A stretch of DNA of 64,000 bases from Escherichia phage vB_VIPECOOM03, in the sequence record OQ721911. The stretch is one strand, 5' to 3'. The notes beneath the pieces are model-generated. The model did not search any database. It was given only the letters and a program-made list of their open reading frames with translations, and had not been told where the DNA came from. Below are positions 21,164 through 29,692 of this stretch, in pieces; within the stretch, counting starts at the first letter, position 1; each line of letters begins with the position of its first letter. The translations under genes and the position numbers were made by a program.

Positions 21164-22620
21164 AGACCAGTTACCTCATGAAAATCACCAAATACATCCT
21201 CGAATGTATTAGCTTTAGTTTTATCTTCACGTAAACGAATCGCAATTGGAAGAAATAATTTAACGTAATCAGTGCGGCCATCAGATTTTAACCAACCATT
21301 GCATTCGCACTCTAGAATTTTTCCAATATAATAATTTTGGTTTTCCATAATGCGAGTACGGTCAAGTTCATGTGATTTTACACCGGCTTTATCTTTTAAG
21401 CCTGAACCTGCATTTACTTTAATTTTTCCACACTCTGATTCAAGAATAAATCCACCTGCTTTAGTAGGGTCTTTACGGTGAGGATAAATTCCTACAATTT
21501 TTAAATCAACATCAATTACTTCTTTAAATTTATAAAGATTTTTTGAACGAGCATTTTCCCACAATCCATCGGTATTTTTGAGAATAATACCTTCAAGACC
21601 TTGGTCAATATATTTTTTATAAATTACCTTAGCTTCATCTAGGTTATTTACTACCTGGTTTTCAATTAAAATTACTTTATCATATCCTGATGTCATTTGT
21701 TCTAGTTTAGAAAAACGTACATCATATTTTAAACGAAACGTCGGAAGACCGTATATTTCTACCAACGGAACATAATCCCAGACCTGAAACTTCATGCATT
21801 TGGCTTCTTTTTCTGAAATAGTTCCCTTTAAAGATTTATTGGCGATTCCATTAGAAGCAGTACGAGATTCAGCTACTTCGGCAAACTCTTTAGCTTTACT
21901 GATTTCAGGAGCGTCAAAAAGAAAATCTAGGCCTTCTGGTTCCTTTTCAACTTGCTCATGGTATACCAATTCGCCATCAATTAACACACCTTCTGGATGA
22001 ATCTGGCGGGCTTCAGCGGTCATTTTGATTAACTCTTCCTTAAGAAGATCTAATCCTAGATATTCATTACCAGCTCGTGATAAAAGACGAACATCATCTA
22101 ATTCATCACCTCGAACTTCAGCAAAACACCGAGCTCCATCTGCTTTTAACTGTGCAAAGGCTGGAAATTTGATATTCTTACTAATGCCTTTTTCATCATA
22201 AGAACTTGCCAGCATTTGAGGTTGTTCAGGAATTAAACCTGGCCAAACTTTGTTTGCAATAGATACTGAAGCACCGCATTCAAGGTCTCGCATCATAACT
22301 CGACGCAAAACTTCAACATCATCCTTTTTACCATCGGTGATATATCCAGTTAATTCCTCAATTGCTGCATTGCCAGTTAATTTCCGAGTAGCTAACGTGA
22401 ATTCAATGAAGTCAAGCATATCGGTAATAGTCAACATTCCAAAACTCTGGGTAGCAATACCAGGTTTAGGCCATTTCTTGATATAATACTGTAACCCACG
22501 AGAATAAGTCAGACGATATACTCGTTTAAGCAATTCATTATCTTTATTCTTTTCAAGAATTGCTTGCTTCTGCTTAGTTGATCCAATAGATGCTATTTCA
22601 TTCAGAATTTTAAGAATCAT
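21160..22620 (-). CDS. 30: ATP-dependent DNA ligase gp30
   Basis: 486 aa, MILKILNEIASIGSTKQKQAILEKNKDNELLKRVYRL; adenylation motif KADGAR; matches T4 DNA ligase. Confidence 0.95.
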   Translation of the reverse strand: MILKILNEIASIGSTKQKQAILEKNKDNELLKRVYRLTYSRGLQYYIKKWPKPGIATQSFGMLTITDMLDFIEFTLATRKLTGNAAIEELTGYITDGKKDDVEVLRRVMMRDLECGASVSIANKVWPGLIPEQPQMLASSYDEKGISKNIKFPAFAQLKADGARCFAEVRGDELDDVRLLSRAGNEYLGLDLLKEELIKMTAEARQIHPEGVLIDGELVYHEQVEKEPEGLDFLFDAPEISKAKEFAEVAESRTASNGIANKSLKGTISEKEAKCMKFQVWDYVPLVEIYGLPTFRLKYDVRFSKLEQMTSGYDKVILIENQVVNNLDEAKVIYKKYIDQGLEGIILKNTDGLWENARSKNLYKFKEVIDVDLKIVGIYPHRKDPTKAGGFILESECGKIKVNAGSGLKDKAGVKSHELDRTRIMENQNYYIGKILECECNGWLKSDGRTDYVKLFLPIAIRLREDKTKANTFEDVFGDFHEVTGL

Positions 22621-22886
22621 TGTTCATCCTTCAAAGTTTGATTTACATCTCTATTATAAATCAATTCATCATTAAGCTCAGGCAAAGACTTATGATATGT
22701 AGTTCTAACTTTATTTCCTTGCATCCAGTGCTTGACGTAAATGAAACCTTGCTCTACACATTTTTTAAAAATTCGTTCGTCTTTTTGAGCTCGGAATTCT
22801 GGATTGCATCTAAAAAATTGATTTACGTGACCGTAATCACGTGTAGTATTACCTTCATTTTCATAAATAGTATGAACAACAAACAT
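22617..22886 (-). CDS. Hypothetical protein
   Basis: 89-aa ORF overlapping the gene 30 start by 4 nt. Confidence 0.5.
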   Translation of the reverse strand: MFVVHTIYENEGNTTRDYGHVNQFFRCNPEFRAQKDERIFKKCVEQGFIYVKHWMQGNKVRTTYHKSLPELNDELIYNRDVNQTLKDEQ

Positions 22887-23725
22887 TAGAATGCTCCTTG
22901 AAAAATATTATCACCACTAGTAGGTCTATTATACAAATACTCTATGCCACCAGGTTTAATATAGTTCCATGTCTGAAACGGATGTGTCTGATATGGATGA
23001 TATAGATGATTATAAGGATTTAATCCAGGCGTTCTCCAGGTAGTGTTCCAAGGAAAAGAATCATTTTTAACCATCTTCTCAATTAAATCTTTTATAGCTT
23101 TTTCACTATCAAAACTTTCTTTATTTTCCTTCGGCGAAAAAAGCTTATTTTCTACATCATTCCATGTATAAACTCGCTGTGCAGTTTTTGGAATATTGTC
23201 ACGCTCTCCTCGAGCCATCCAATAAACTGGAACATTTAATATTTCACTCGCATGATCGCAGTGATGAGCGAGATCGTCAATATAACAAATTACGTTATAT
23301 TTCTCTTTTGCCTTTTTGAACAGCTCTTCTTTTGAAGAATCATGACCACACATCATTACTTCTGAGAAGGCACCAGGAAAAAGAGCATTCAAATTAAATT
23401 GACGATTCAACAGAGCGTCAATAGAATCACCCAATGCTGTAACAGCTACAAAATTATAATCTTCTTTTAATTTGTTAATTACACACAGGGCATCTTTATA
23501 CGGAGACAAGTAACGAATAAAATCTGAACGATTGTATTTTTCAATTAACTTGACGCCAAGTTCTTCGTCACAATTAAAGAGTTTACCTGGAGAAATAAAT
23601 TTCTCATCTTGGATCATTTTTAAAATATGTTCTAATGGAAGATTATATTTCTGAGCAAAATAAGGAAGGCCTGATTGCCAGCTTAAACATACTCCATCAA
23701 TATCAGTTAAAATAGTAGGCTTCAT
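22886..23725 (-). CDS. HAD-superfamily phosphatase-like protein (possible nucleotidase)
   Basis: 279 aa; N-terminal DIDGV (HAD motif I, DxDG[VT]) and a later IDD (motif IV-like). Confidence 0.6.
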   Translation of the reverse strand: MKPTILTDIDGVCLSWQSGLPYFAQKYNLPLEHILKMIQDEKFISPGKLFNCDEELGVKLIEKYNRSDFIRYLSPYKDALCVINKLKEDYNFVAVTALGDSIDALLNRQFNLNALFPGAFSEVMMCGHDSSKEELFKKAKEKYNVICYIDDLAHHCDHASEILNVPVYWMARGERDNIPKTAQRVYTWNDVENKLFSPKENKESFDSEKAIKDLIEKMVKNDSFPWNTTWRTPGLNPYNHLYHPYQTHPFQTWNYIKPGGIEYLYNRPTSGDNIFQGAF

Positions 23726-24186
23726 AGAGAGTCTCTTAATAGGTTTAACACATCAATAAATTCAGCTTCGGTTAGTATTGTATCATCTTTTGTTAGACCA
23801 CTAGCCATGCTGTGCTTCAAAACTTTTCCTTTCGAAGCTTGTAATGCATCACGAAAGCCCCTGTTTTGGATCGCTGCTTCAAAATATGCATTTGTGTATA
23901 ATTCTTTCCACGCTGGAGAGTATCTTGAAAATGGAACTCCAAGCCAGAACAACGTGCCACGGTCCTGAGCTCTAGCATAAGACCTTCCAGCTTGTTGCGC
24001 ATCCAATCCGGACATCCCAAATATACGTCTTTGCTGTTCAACATTTTTCACCTTACATCCTTGGAGGAATCCTTCGAGACCTCCAAATTGGATACCATCC
24101 ATAACGAAAGGCCATTGGGCGAAATTACTTAATGCACATGATGGCCATCTAAAATTGCTTCTTATCTCTAGCTCAGACATTTTCAA
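23722..24186 (-). CDS. NADAR (YbiA/DUF1768)-like domain protein
   Basis: 154 aa; SNFAQWPFVMDGIQFGGLEGFLQGCKV aligns by eye with the E. coli YbiA core (DFSNFAAWPIKVDGKTWPTSEHYFQAQKF). Confidence 0.55.
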   Translation of the reverse strand: MKMSELEIRSNFRWPSCALSNFAQWPFVMDGIQFGGLEGFLQGCKVKNVEQQRRIFGMSGLDAQQAGRSYARAQDRGTLFWLGVPFSRYSPAWKELYTNAYFEAAIQNRGFRDALQASKGKVLKHSMASGLTKDDTILTEAEFIDVLNLLRDSL

Positions 24187-24379
24187 TACTTATAATTTCA
24201 ACATCAGCCCAATGACCATAGCAAGGAAGACGAAATTCAACTGGCCAGTTAGGGTCCTTTTCTAATATAATAGACTTAACTTGTGGTTCTTCATGTTCAT
24301 CGGTATACGGACCTTTATACGTTACTTTATATGTGACCTTAATGTACTGAATTCCAAAAATCTTATTAATTATATTCAT
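24173..24379 (-). CDS. Hypothetical protein
   Basis: 68-aa ORF in an overlapping operon array. Confidence 0.45.
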   Translation of the reverse strand: MNIINKIFGIQYIKVTYKVTYKGPYTDEHEEPQVKSIILEKDPNWPVEFRLPCYGHWADVEIISIENV

Positions 24380-24573
24380 ACTAATTCCTTTAATCCATAG
24401 ATAGGAGATAATTCATCACCCATACGAAGGTCTTCATTTCCATCTACCCAGGAAACAATATAAGCCTCTTTTATTTGAATACCACTCCATTTAAATGGAG
24501 GTAGAACCTTAGAAATTAATCCAGGTATACCGACTCCCTTTAATTCAACAGTTTGACCCAAAAAGAATTTCAT
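24376..24573 (-). CDS. Hypothetical protein
   Basis: 65-aa ORF with ATGA overlap. Confidence 0.45.
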   Translation of the reverse strand: MKFFLGQTVELKGVGIPGLISKVLPPFKWSGIQIKEAYIVSWVDGNEDLRMGDELSPIYGLKELV

Positions 24574-24860
24574 TAGAACCTCATCTGAAAACCATGCGAT
24601 TTAACATTACCGCCGTCAATATCAGAAATGTTAATTTCACGCGCAATTGAAGGGTCAATGTCAATTTCACGATTGAGTTTAGCGATAGTTAGAGTATCGC
24701 GCCCATTTACAGTACGGAACTCTAAAGGGCAGACTACATTAACGTAGTTTTTAATCGATTCACTGGTAGGCTGCAAATGAGCAGGAAGGTCTTTAGGCGC
24801 CTTAGAGAAAACCACTTCACAGAAATTTTTGCGGGTATCAAAATAAGTAGTCATAAACAT
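24573..24860 (-). CDS. Hypothetical protein
   Basis: 95-aa ORF preceded by GAGGAAAATACTATG. Confidence 0.5.
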   Translation of the reverse strand: MFMTTYFDTRKNFCEVVFSKAPKDLPAHLQPTSESIKNYVNVVCPLEFRTVNGRDTLTIAKLNREIDIDPSIAREINISDIDGGNVKSHGFQMRF

Positions 24861-24877
24861 AGTATTTTCCTCAGTAA

Positions 24878-24891
24878 GGGGCCGAAGCCCC
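24878..24891 (-). terminator. Hairpin GGGGCUUCGGCCCC
   Basis: Perfect stem with UUCG loop between two - strand ORFs. Confidence 0.5.
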
Positions 24892-24900
24892 TATTTTATT

Positions 24901-25266
24901 TTAAATATCAAATTCGTTAAGAACTACATCAAAAATCGCTTCAAGATGCTCAGGTTTAGCTCTGTTACTCAGAATATGACGAATCCAAGTTTTAACCAGA
25001 AGCTTACGATTGACGCCATTCCAGCAAGGATGAGTCCCTAAATCACGTTGACGGAAATCATCATCTAATGCGATTTTAAAAGAAGAACCTTCTTTCGTGA
25101 TTGAAACTGTGATGCCATTTTCAAATCGCATATAAACGTAGTTAGGAGTCATATACTGTTCAATTTCGCATACTGATCCATTTTGATGTTTCCAAAGGCA
25201 AATAGTATCATTAGAACCTGCAATACCGTTAGAAACATATTTACGTTCAAAGTTGATGTAGTTCAT
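24901..25266 (-). CDS. Hypothetical protein
   Basis: ATG at 25266 preceded by GGAGAATAAA; the ORF-track start at 25278 is a TTG. Confidence 0.5.
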   Translation of the reverse strand: MNYINFERKYVSNGIAGSNDTICLWKHQNGSVCEIEQYMTPNYVYMRFENGITVSITKEGSSFKIALDDDFRQRDLGTHPCWNGVNRKLLVKTWIRHILSNRAKPEHLEAIFDVVLNEFDI

Positions 25267-25278
25267 TTTATTCTCCAA

Positions 25279-25331
25279 GATGTTTAATTGTGGTACAGGT
25301 ATATAATATCATATCCTGTACCAAAGTAAAC
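25279..25331 (-). promoter_or_regulatory. Early promoter-like element (GTTTAC -35, TATTAT -10) with inverted repeat around -10
   Basis: GTTTACTTTGGTACAGGATATGATATTATATACCTGTACCA; TGGTACAGG and CCTGTACCA flank the -10. Confidence 0.5.
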
Positions 25332-25333
25332 AA

Positions 25334-25666
25334 TTATTTTACTACTTTCCAGTGCTGCATGTCAAGTTTACCAACTTTTTTCATCTTCTCAATTAAGCGT
25401 TCTGCACGTTGGCGAGCTGTAACATAATACCATTCGCCTAATTCATTTTGTTCAATTTTTCCAACGATTACTGTATTCAATTCATAAATCCAACCAGTAA
25501 AGAAATTATGAACTTGAATTGTAAAGGTGAAATCTGTTCCCATACCTTCTGTTGTTTCTACTTCAATAATATCACCTTCAACTGCCATTAAGAACCACAT
25601 AGTTTCATCATATTTACCATTGAAGCATTTAGTTTTAACTGTAGCGTTCAGATTAATCGTTTTCAT
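25334..25666 (-). CDS. Hypothetical protein
   Basis: 110-aa ORF preceded by AAGGAGAATAAAATG. Confidence 0.5.
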   Translation of the reverse strand: MKTINLNATVKTKCFNGKYDETMWFLMAVEGDIIEVETTEGMGTDFTFTIQVHNFFTGWIYELNTVIVGKIEQNELGEWYYVTARQRAERLIEKMKKVGKLDMQHWKVVK

Positions 25667-25680
25667 TTTATTCTCCTTTG

Positions 25681-25745
25681 CTTGTGTAAGATAATACTAT
25701 CACAAAGGAACTATACTGTAAACAACTTTGTGCAATCTTTGGAAA
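25681..25745 (-). promoter_or_regulatory. Early promoter-like element (GTTTACA, 17-bp spacer, TAGTAT)
   Basis: TTGCACAAAGTTGTTTACAGTATAGTTCCTTTGTGATAGTATTATC upstream of ORF 25334-25666. Confidence 0.5.
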
Positions 25746-25753
25746 ATAAAAAA

Positions 25754-25771
25754 GGACTCCCGAAGGAGTCC
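25754..25771 (-). terminator. Hairpin GGACUCC-UUCG-GGAGUCC plus U-run
   Basis: Perfect 7-bp stem followed by UUUUUUAUUUU on the - strand. Confidence 0.6.
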
Positions 25772-25776
25772 TCAAC

Positions 25777-25953
25777 TTATGCTTTCTGCTTACCAAAACG
25801 AGAAGCATCATCTCGAAGAACCGCACGTGCTCGGCGCATGATCTTCTCAACAGTTTGATTGATACGAGAGTTCGACCCACGCTTGTAACCAGCGCGTTTA
25901 GAATCACCAACTTTCTTTTCAACTGCTTTCTTTGCTTTAGCTTGTTTTGCCAT
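25777..25953 (-). CDS. Small lysine/arginine-rich hypothetical protein
   Basis: 58 aa MAKQAKAKKAVEKKVGDSKRAGYKRG... from the internal ATG; an upstream in-frame ATG at 25995 would give 72 aa; neither start has a strong SD. Confidence 0.4.
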   Translation of the reverse strand: MAKQAKAKKAVEKKVGDSKRAGYKRGSNSRINQTVEKIMRRARAVLRDDASRFGKQKA

Positions 25954-26147
25954 TATAAATTCTCTTTTAAATGAAAATGCAGGACTTATTGGCATTGCCT
26001 GCGCAAGCCCTCAAGGGGAACATAGGTTTTGAGTATTTACCGACAGGATAACCATAAACCTCGTCAACATTCAAGAGGTACACCGTAAAACAAAGTTCGA
26101 CGGCTCCTCGATTTTAGCTCACACTAAGGCAGTGAATCTCCAATAAA

Positions 26148-26396
26148 TTACTTCAGTGTTACCACAAAGTGACGAACTGCTTTTCGTGCAGCAGAAGCCA
26201 GAGGCTTAGCATACTTAAGTTCATCTTTTTCCTGGAGCTCAGCAGCTAATGCAGTTTGAGCAGGATTCAGATGTTTGAAATAACGCAGGATTTCAAGGGC
26301 TTCGGCTTCAACATCAATAGATGCGCCATAGTTTTCGTGACCATTATTCCATGCGTTTCGTTGCAGTTCAAGAGCGTGTTGTAATTGTTTAATCAT
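26148..26396 (-). CDS. rIII: rIII lysis-inhibition accessory protein
   Basis: 82 aa, MIKQLQHALELQRNAWNNGHENYGASIDVEAEALEILRYF matches T4 RIII as recalled. Confidence 0.85.
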   Translation of the reverse strand: MIKQLQHALELQRNAWNNGHENYGASIDVEAEALEILRYFKHLNPAQTALAAELQEKDELKYAKPLASAARKAVRHFVVTLK

Positions 26397-26535
26397 TTAA
26401 AAATTCTCGTTAGAGATTAAAACTCGGTAGTCACGTTCTTCTGAATTTCATCTTCTTTCGACAGATCTCTCAGTTGTAGACTACCACGTAGAATTGTTCG
26501 GTTAACTTATTATTCCGACACCCAATTCATATTAT

Positions 26536-26543
26536 TATTTATA
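26536..26543 (-). promoter_or_regulatory. Late promoter TATAAATA at the head of a long rIII leader
   Basis: TATAAATA on the - strand immediately after the gene 31 stop, about 140 nt upstream of rIII. Confidence 0.5.
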
Positions 26544-26879
26544 TCACTTATAAAGACACGGAATAGCTTTATAGTGACAGGTAACGAATTTTTGTTTAAT
26601 TTCTTTTGGCTGCTTAAGACCTAGAGCTACAAAAGGATGCGGAACGTTTCGAATTTGACCAACTGGAAGAGAAGTCAAATCACCAACTTCGCAGAAACCT
26701 TCAGGAACATCAGGACCAACAGAGTGAACTACACACAGTTCAGGAACTTCACCTTGAACACGTTTACCGATAATGAGTCCTGATTCTGTAACTTCTTCAT
26801 CACCAGCTTGCGCAGGTTCAGAAACTAAAATAACATATTCACCGACAGCACGAATTGGTAGCTGTTGTACTTCAGACAT
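26544..26879 (-). CDS. 31: Co-chaperonin gp31 (GroES analogue)
   Basis: 111 aa, [62 protein letters not shown] matches T4 gp31. Confidence 0.93.
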
Positions 26880-26935
26880 CGTTTTTCCTTTTTGTTAACA
26901 GATGAATTAATAATAACAAATAATTCTTAAAGCAT

Positions 26936-27244
26936 TTATTTACCAATAAATTGAAGCAAATGCTCAACTTTCATACCATTAACGGAAATCAATTTGTCAA
27001 TAGAAAAACCTCGCCATGCACCAATCTCAACATCAAATACTGGAATCATATCAGTAGATTCTTTCCGAGTAGATTCAGTCAATTTACCGGTTTGCATGGT
27101 TGGCATAAAGTCTGCATCACGAGTACCTTTCATAGTACGAATAGTACCATCAGACTTTTCAAAAACCACGTTTGAAATACCCATGGACAATTTAGTTTTC
27201 AAAATTTCACGAATTGCTACTTTCTGCTCAGTTGTCAGTTTCAT
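26936..27244 (-). CDS. Hypothetical protein (31.1 position)
   Basis: 102-aa ORF. Confidence 0.5.
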   Translation of the reverse strand: MKLTTEQKVAIREILKTKLSMGISNVVFEKSDGTIRTMKGTRDADFMPTMQTGKLTESTRKESTDMIPVFDVEIGAWRGFSIDKLISVNGMKVEHLLQFIGK

Positions 27245-27481
27245 TTATTTACCTATCACAGTTTTAATATGAGTTGTTCCACGTTCTTTAAGAGTGGAAA
27301 GTAATTTTTGGCATTTTTCTAAATCAGATTTCCAACTATACGGTCTATCAATACAAACCCATTCTGACTTATAATACTGCTTCCATTTAGAGAAAAAATA
27401 TTTCTTATACTCTACAGCAAATGAAATGTTCTCGTTAGAATAAGAACTAATTGCTGTGAGCTGTACCAAACGAAATTTCAT
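27245..27481 (-). CDS. Hypothetical protein (31.2 position)
   Basis: 78-aa ORF. Confidence 0.5.
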   Translation of the reverse strand: MKFRLVQLTAISSYSNENISFAVEYKKYFFSKWKQYYKSEWVCIDRPYSWKSDLEKCQKLLSTLKERGTTHIKTVIGK

Positions 27482-28062
27482 TATTCACCACAGAATTCGT
27501 TGATATTTTCCCAGTTTAACTTATTCAAGTTTTTCTTAGGAACATTAAACACTTCAATACCTGCATTTCGCAGAATATCATCCCAGCCAGGTTTATTTTT
27601 ATCGTATGTTTCACAATAAACCAACTTTTTAATTCCAGATTGAGCTATCGCTTTTGCACAATCTGGGCAAGGAGAAAGTGTTACATACATAGTAGCACCT
27701 TCAATTGAAGAACCATTTCGTGCAGCAAACAAAATTGCATTTAGTTCAGCATGAATTTCATTTTTAGACGACCATTCAGAATGAGCGCTGCGGTGTTCTT
27801 TCGCCAAGACAAAACGATCAGTTGAACCAAATGATACACATTCAGGCTTATGACCTTGAATGATAGTATGTTTAGGTTTATTCAACAACCAACCTTGCTC
27901 GGCAGCATAATCACAGCAATTCACACCGCCTGCAGGCGAACCGTTATATCCAGTAGAAATAATACGTCCATTCTTTTCAATTACTGCTCCTACCTTCCAG
28001 GAGCAACATTTTGATTCTTGTGATACTAAATATGCAATTTGAAGTACTGTACTCGCTTTCAT
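27481..28062 (-). CDS. cd: dCMP deaminase
   Basis: 193 aa; cytidine/dCMP deaminase zinc motifs (H-A-E...PCPDC: HAELNAILFAARNG, SPCPDCAKAI). Confidence 0.93.
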   Translation of the reverse strand: MKASTVLQIAYLVSQESKCCSWKVGAVIEKNGRIISTGYNGSPAGGVNCCDYAAEQGWLLNKPKHTIIQGHKPECVSFGSTDRFVLAKEHRSAHSEWSSKNEIHAELNAILFAARNGSSIEGATMYVTLSPCPDCAKAIAQSGIKKLVYCETYDKNKPGWDDILRNAGIEVFNVPKKNLNKLNWENINEFCGE

Positions 28063-28397
28063 TTCATAATCACCAGATAAGCAGATTTAGCAGTTTCAAC
28101 ACGATAAATTTCGTGACGAAGTTTAGTTATACTTTTAATAACAGAACTAATTATATTCTGCCCATCTTTAAAGCGGTTTTTCTTATCAATAAAAATTGCA
28201 CCAGCCATCTTTTTGTGAAGCTCAACTGGATACTTCGTCACAATAATAGCATCATACACAGAAGGATGAATACTATTCACTAAAGTATCGTTCATCAAAG
28301 TTATTCTAATGAACTGAGCTGTTTCAGAGTCAAGCGCTCTATGATCGCCAGTATCATTTTCAAGACAATTATCAATTATATCAGTTAAATTCATCAT
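28059..28397 (-). CDS. Hypothetical protein
   Basis: 112-aa ORF with ATGA overlap. Confidence 0.5.
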   Translation of the reverse strand: MMNLTDIIDNCLENDTGDHRALDSETAQFIRITLMNDTLVNSIHPSVYDAIIVTKYPVELHKKMAGAIFIDKKNRFKDGQNIISSVIKSITKLRHEIYRVETAKSAYLVIMK

Positions 28398-28630
28398 AGT
28401 ACGCCATACACCCTTTGTGCTTCAACTAATCCATCAAAATCCAATTTGAGATGCGTTATTTGGTCACCATCACCTGGATTCACAATTACTAATACTGAAC
28501 GAGGAGTTTCGGTAATAACACGAACCGATGTTTCTGGAAATCGTTCAGAAACCTTATTTACTAATTCCTGAGCAAATAGTTTAACTTTTTCTTGGAATTC
28601 TTTAACAGTAATTGGTTTTTCGCTTAGCAT
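28394..28630 (-). CDS. Hypothetical protein
   Basis: 78-aa ORF. Confidence 0.5.
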   Translation of the reverse strand: MLSEKPITVKEFQEKVKLFAQELVNKVSERFPETSVRVITETPRSVLVIVNPGDGDQITHLKLDFDGLVEAQRVYGVL

Positions 28631-29151
28631 GTTGATCCCAGCTCCTTACTTTCAACGTTTTTAACTAATTTGACAGAAACTAATTCAGCATCTTGAGTAA
28701 TCATTACCGGACCTTCTTCATACTCTTCGAGATATTCTAGAGCTTTCTTTTTAGCTTCTTCCTTCGTATCAGTTTGAGCATAGATATAAAACATACAACC
28801 AGTAATACCTACTACTTTCCACTTAATTTCTTTATCAGCTTTAATTTCAAATTTACTGACAGAGTCATCTTTTTGAACTTCTTCGAAAAAAGAATATTCT
28901 AACATATAAGCAATTGAAAATAACGGGCTAACTTTATAGGATTCGCCCATTACATCAACAGCTTTATACCAGCAATCATCAATTTCACGTTTAATGCTAA
29001 TAACATTTTTCGCAGGATCTATTTTTACTTTAAATGAATTTTCCCCAATAAACTGGGCAATTCGTTTATTAGCCCCACAGGTTTCATTAAAAATATCTTT
29101 ATATCCAGCTTTAAAGCGATAAACCTTATCTTCTTCAAACCATTCGCTCAT
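28624..29151 (-). CDS. Hypothetical protein
   Basis: 175-aa ORF. Confidence 0.55.
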   Translation of the reverse strand: MSEWFEEDKVYRFKAGYKDIFNETCGANKRIAQFIGENSFKVKIDPAKNVISIKREIDDCWYKAVDVMGESYKVSPLFSIAYMLEYSFFEEVQKDDSVSKFEIKADKEIKWKVVGITGCMFYIYAQTDTKEEAKKKALEYLEEYEEGPVMITQDAELVSVKLVKNVESKELGSTC

Positions 29152-29213
29152 TTCAATTTCCTCATTTGTTTTGGTAGAGCTATAATATCACAACTCTACC
29201 GTAAAGTAAACTG
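29152..29213 (-). promoter_or_regulatory. Early promoter-like element with inverted repeat around -10
   Basis: GTTTACTTTACGGTAGAGTTGTGATATTATAGCTCTACCAAAACAAATGAGGAAATTGAATG; GGTAGAG and CTCTACC flank the -10. Confidence 0.5.
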
Positions 29214-29489
29214 TTAAATTGCTTTGAATTCTGATGTCTGCGATTCAAAACGAATATCGCCTTTGATAACTAGCTCAGCATCAAGACCGAACACAACAAT
29301 GATATGCGCGGAGCCTGGATACAGTGTAATGGCGATAGAATCAACCTGGTCTGGAAGTAAAGTGTTCAATACATGAGTCACTTGAGCATGAATTCGAAGC
29401 TCAGCTGCGTTATCAAGCTTTTCAAACATATTATTAGCTATAATTTGGCTAAACACTACTTCTACGATTTTAGAATAAGTCGGAAACAT
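29214..29489 (-). CDS. Hypothetical protein
   Basis: 91-aa ORF. Confidence 0.5.
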   Translation of the reverse strand: MFPTYSKIVEVVFSQIIANNMFEKLDNAAELRIHAQVTHVLNTLLPDQVDSIAITLYPGSAHIIVVFGLDAELVIKGDIRFESQTSEFKAI

Positions 29490-29491
29490 AT

Positions 29492-29692
29492 TTACCTCAC
29501 ATAATTTTCTTCAAGCCAATCAATAACATCTAAAGCATTATCAAAAATTGAGCCATCTACTTTGTCTTCTGTTTCATAATCAAGAACATCTAAGCCTACT
29601 CTTCCATCAACAATAGGCCATAAACAAAATAGATATTTCTTTTCTTTTTCAATCTTATCGCAAAGACGATAAATCTTTTCTAAGTTATTCAT
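29492..29692 (-). CDS. Hypothetical protein
   Basis: 66-aa ORF. Confidence 0.45.
   Translation of the reverse strand: MNNLEKIYRLCDKIEKEKKYLFCLWPIVDGRVGLDVLDYETEDKVDGSIFDNALDVIDWLEENYVR

Noticed and set aside
22620-22889. + strand 89-aa ORF and many similar + strand ORFs in the 22-44 kb early block (e.g. 26951-27272, 30330-30659, 32323-32751, 34427-34732, 41755-42234)
   Set aside because: Each lies fully antisense to a recognisable - strand gene; low-complexity composition; no SD
25668-25922. 84-aa - strand ORF
   Set aside because: Alternative frame that reads across a terminator hairpin and an early promoter; overlaps the better-supported 58-aa ORF
25954-26147. tRNA or other RNA gene in the non-coding gap after rIII
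   Set aside because: No cloverleaf could be drawn; the GTTCGA-like sequence lacks a matching T-stem and acceptor stem; kept only as a low-confidence structured-region finding
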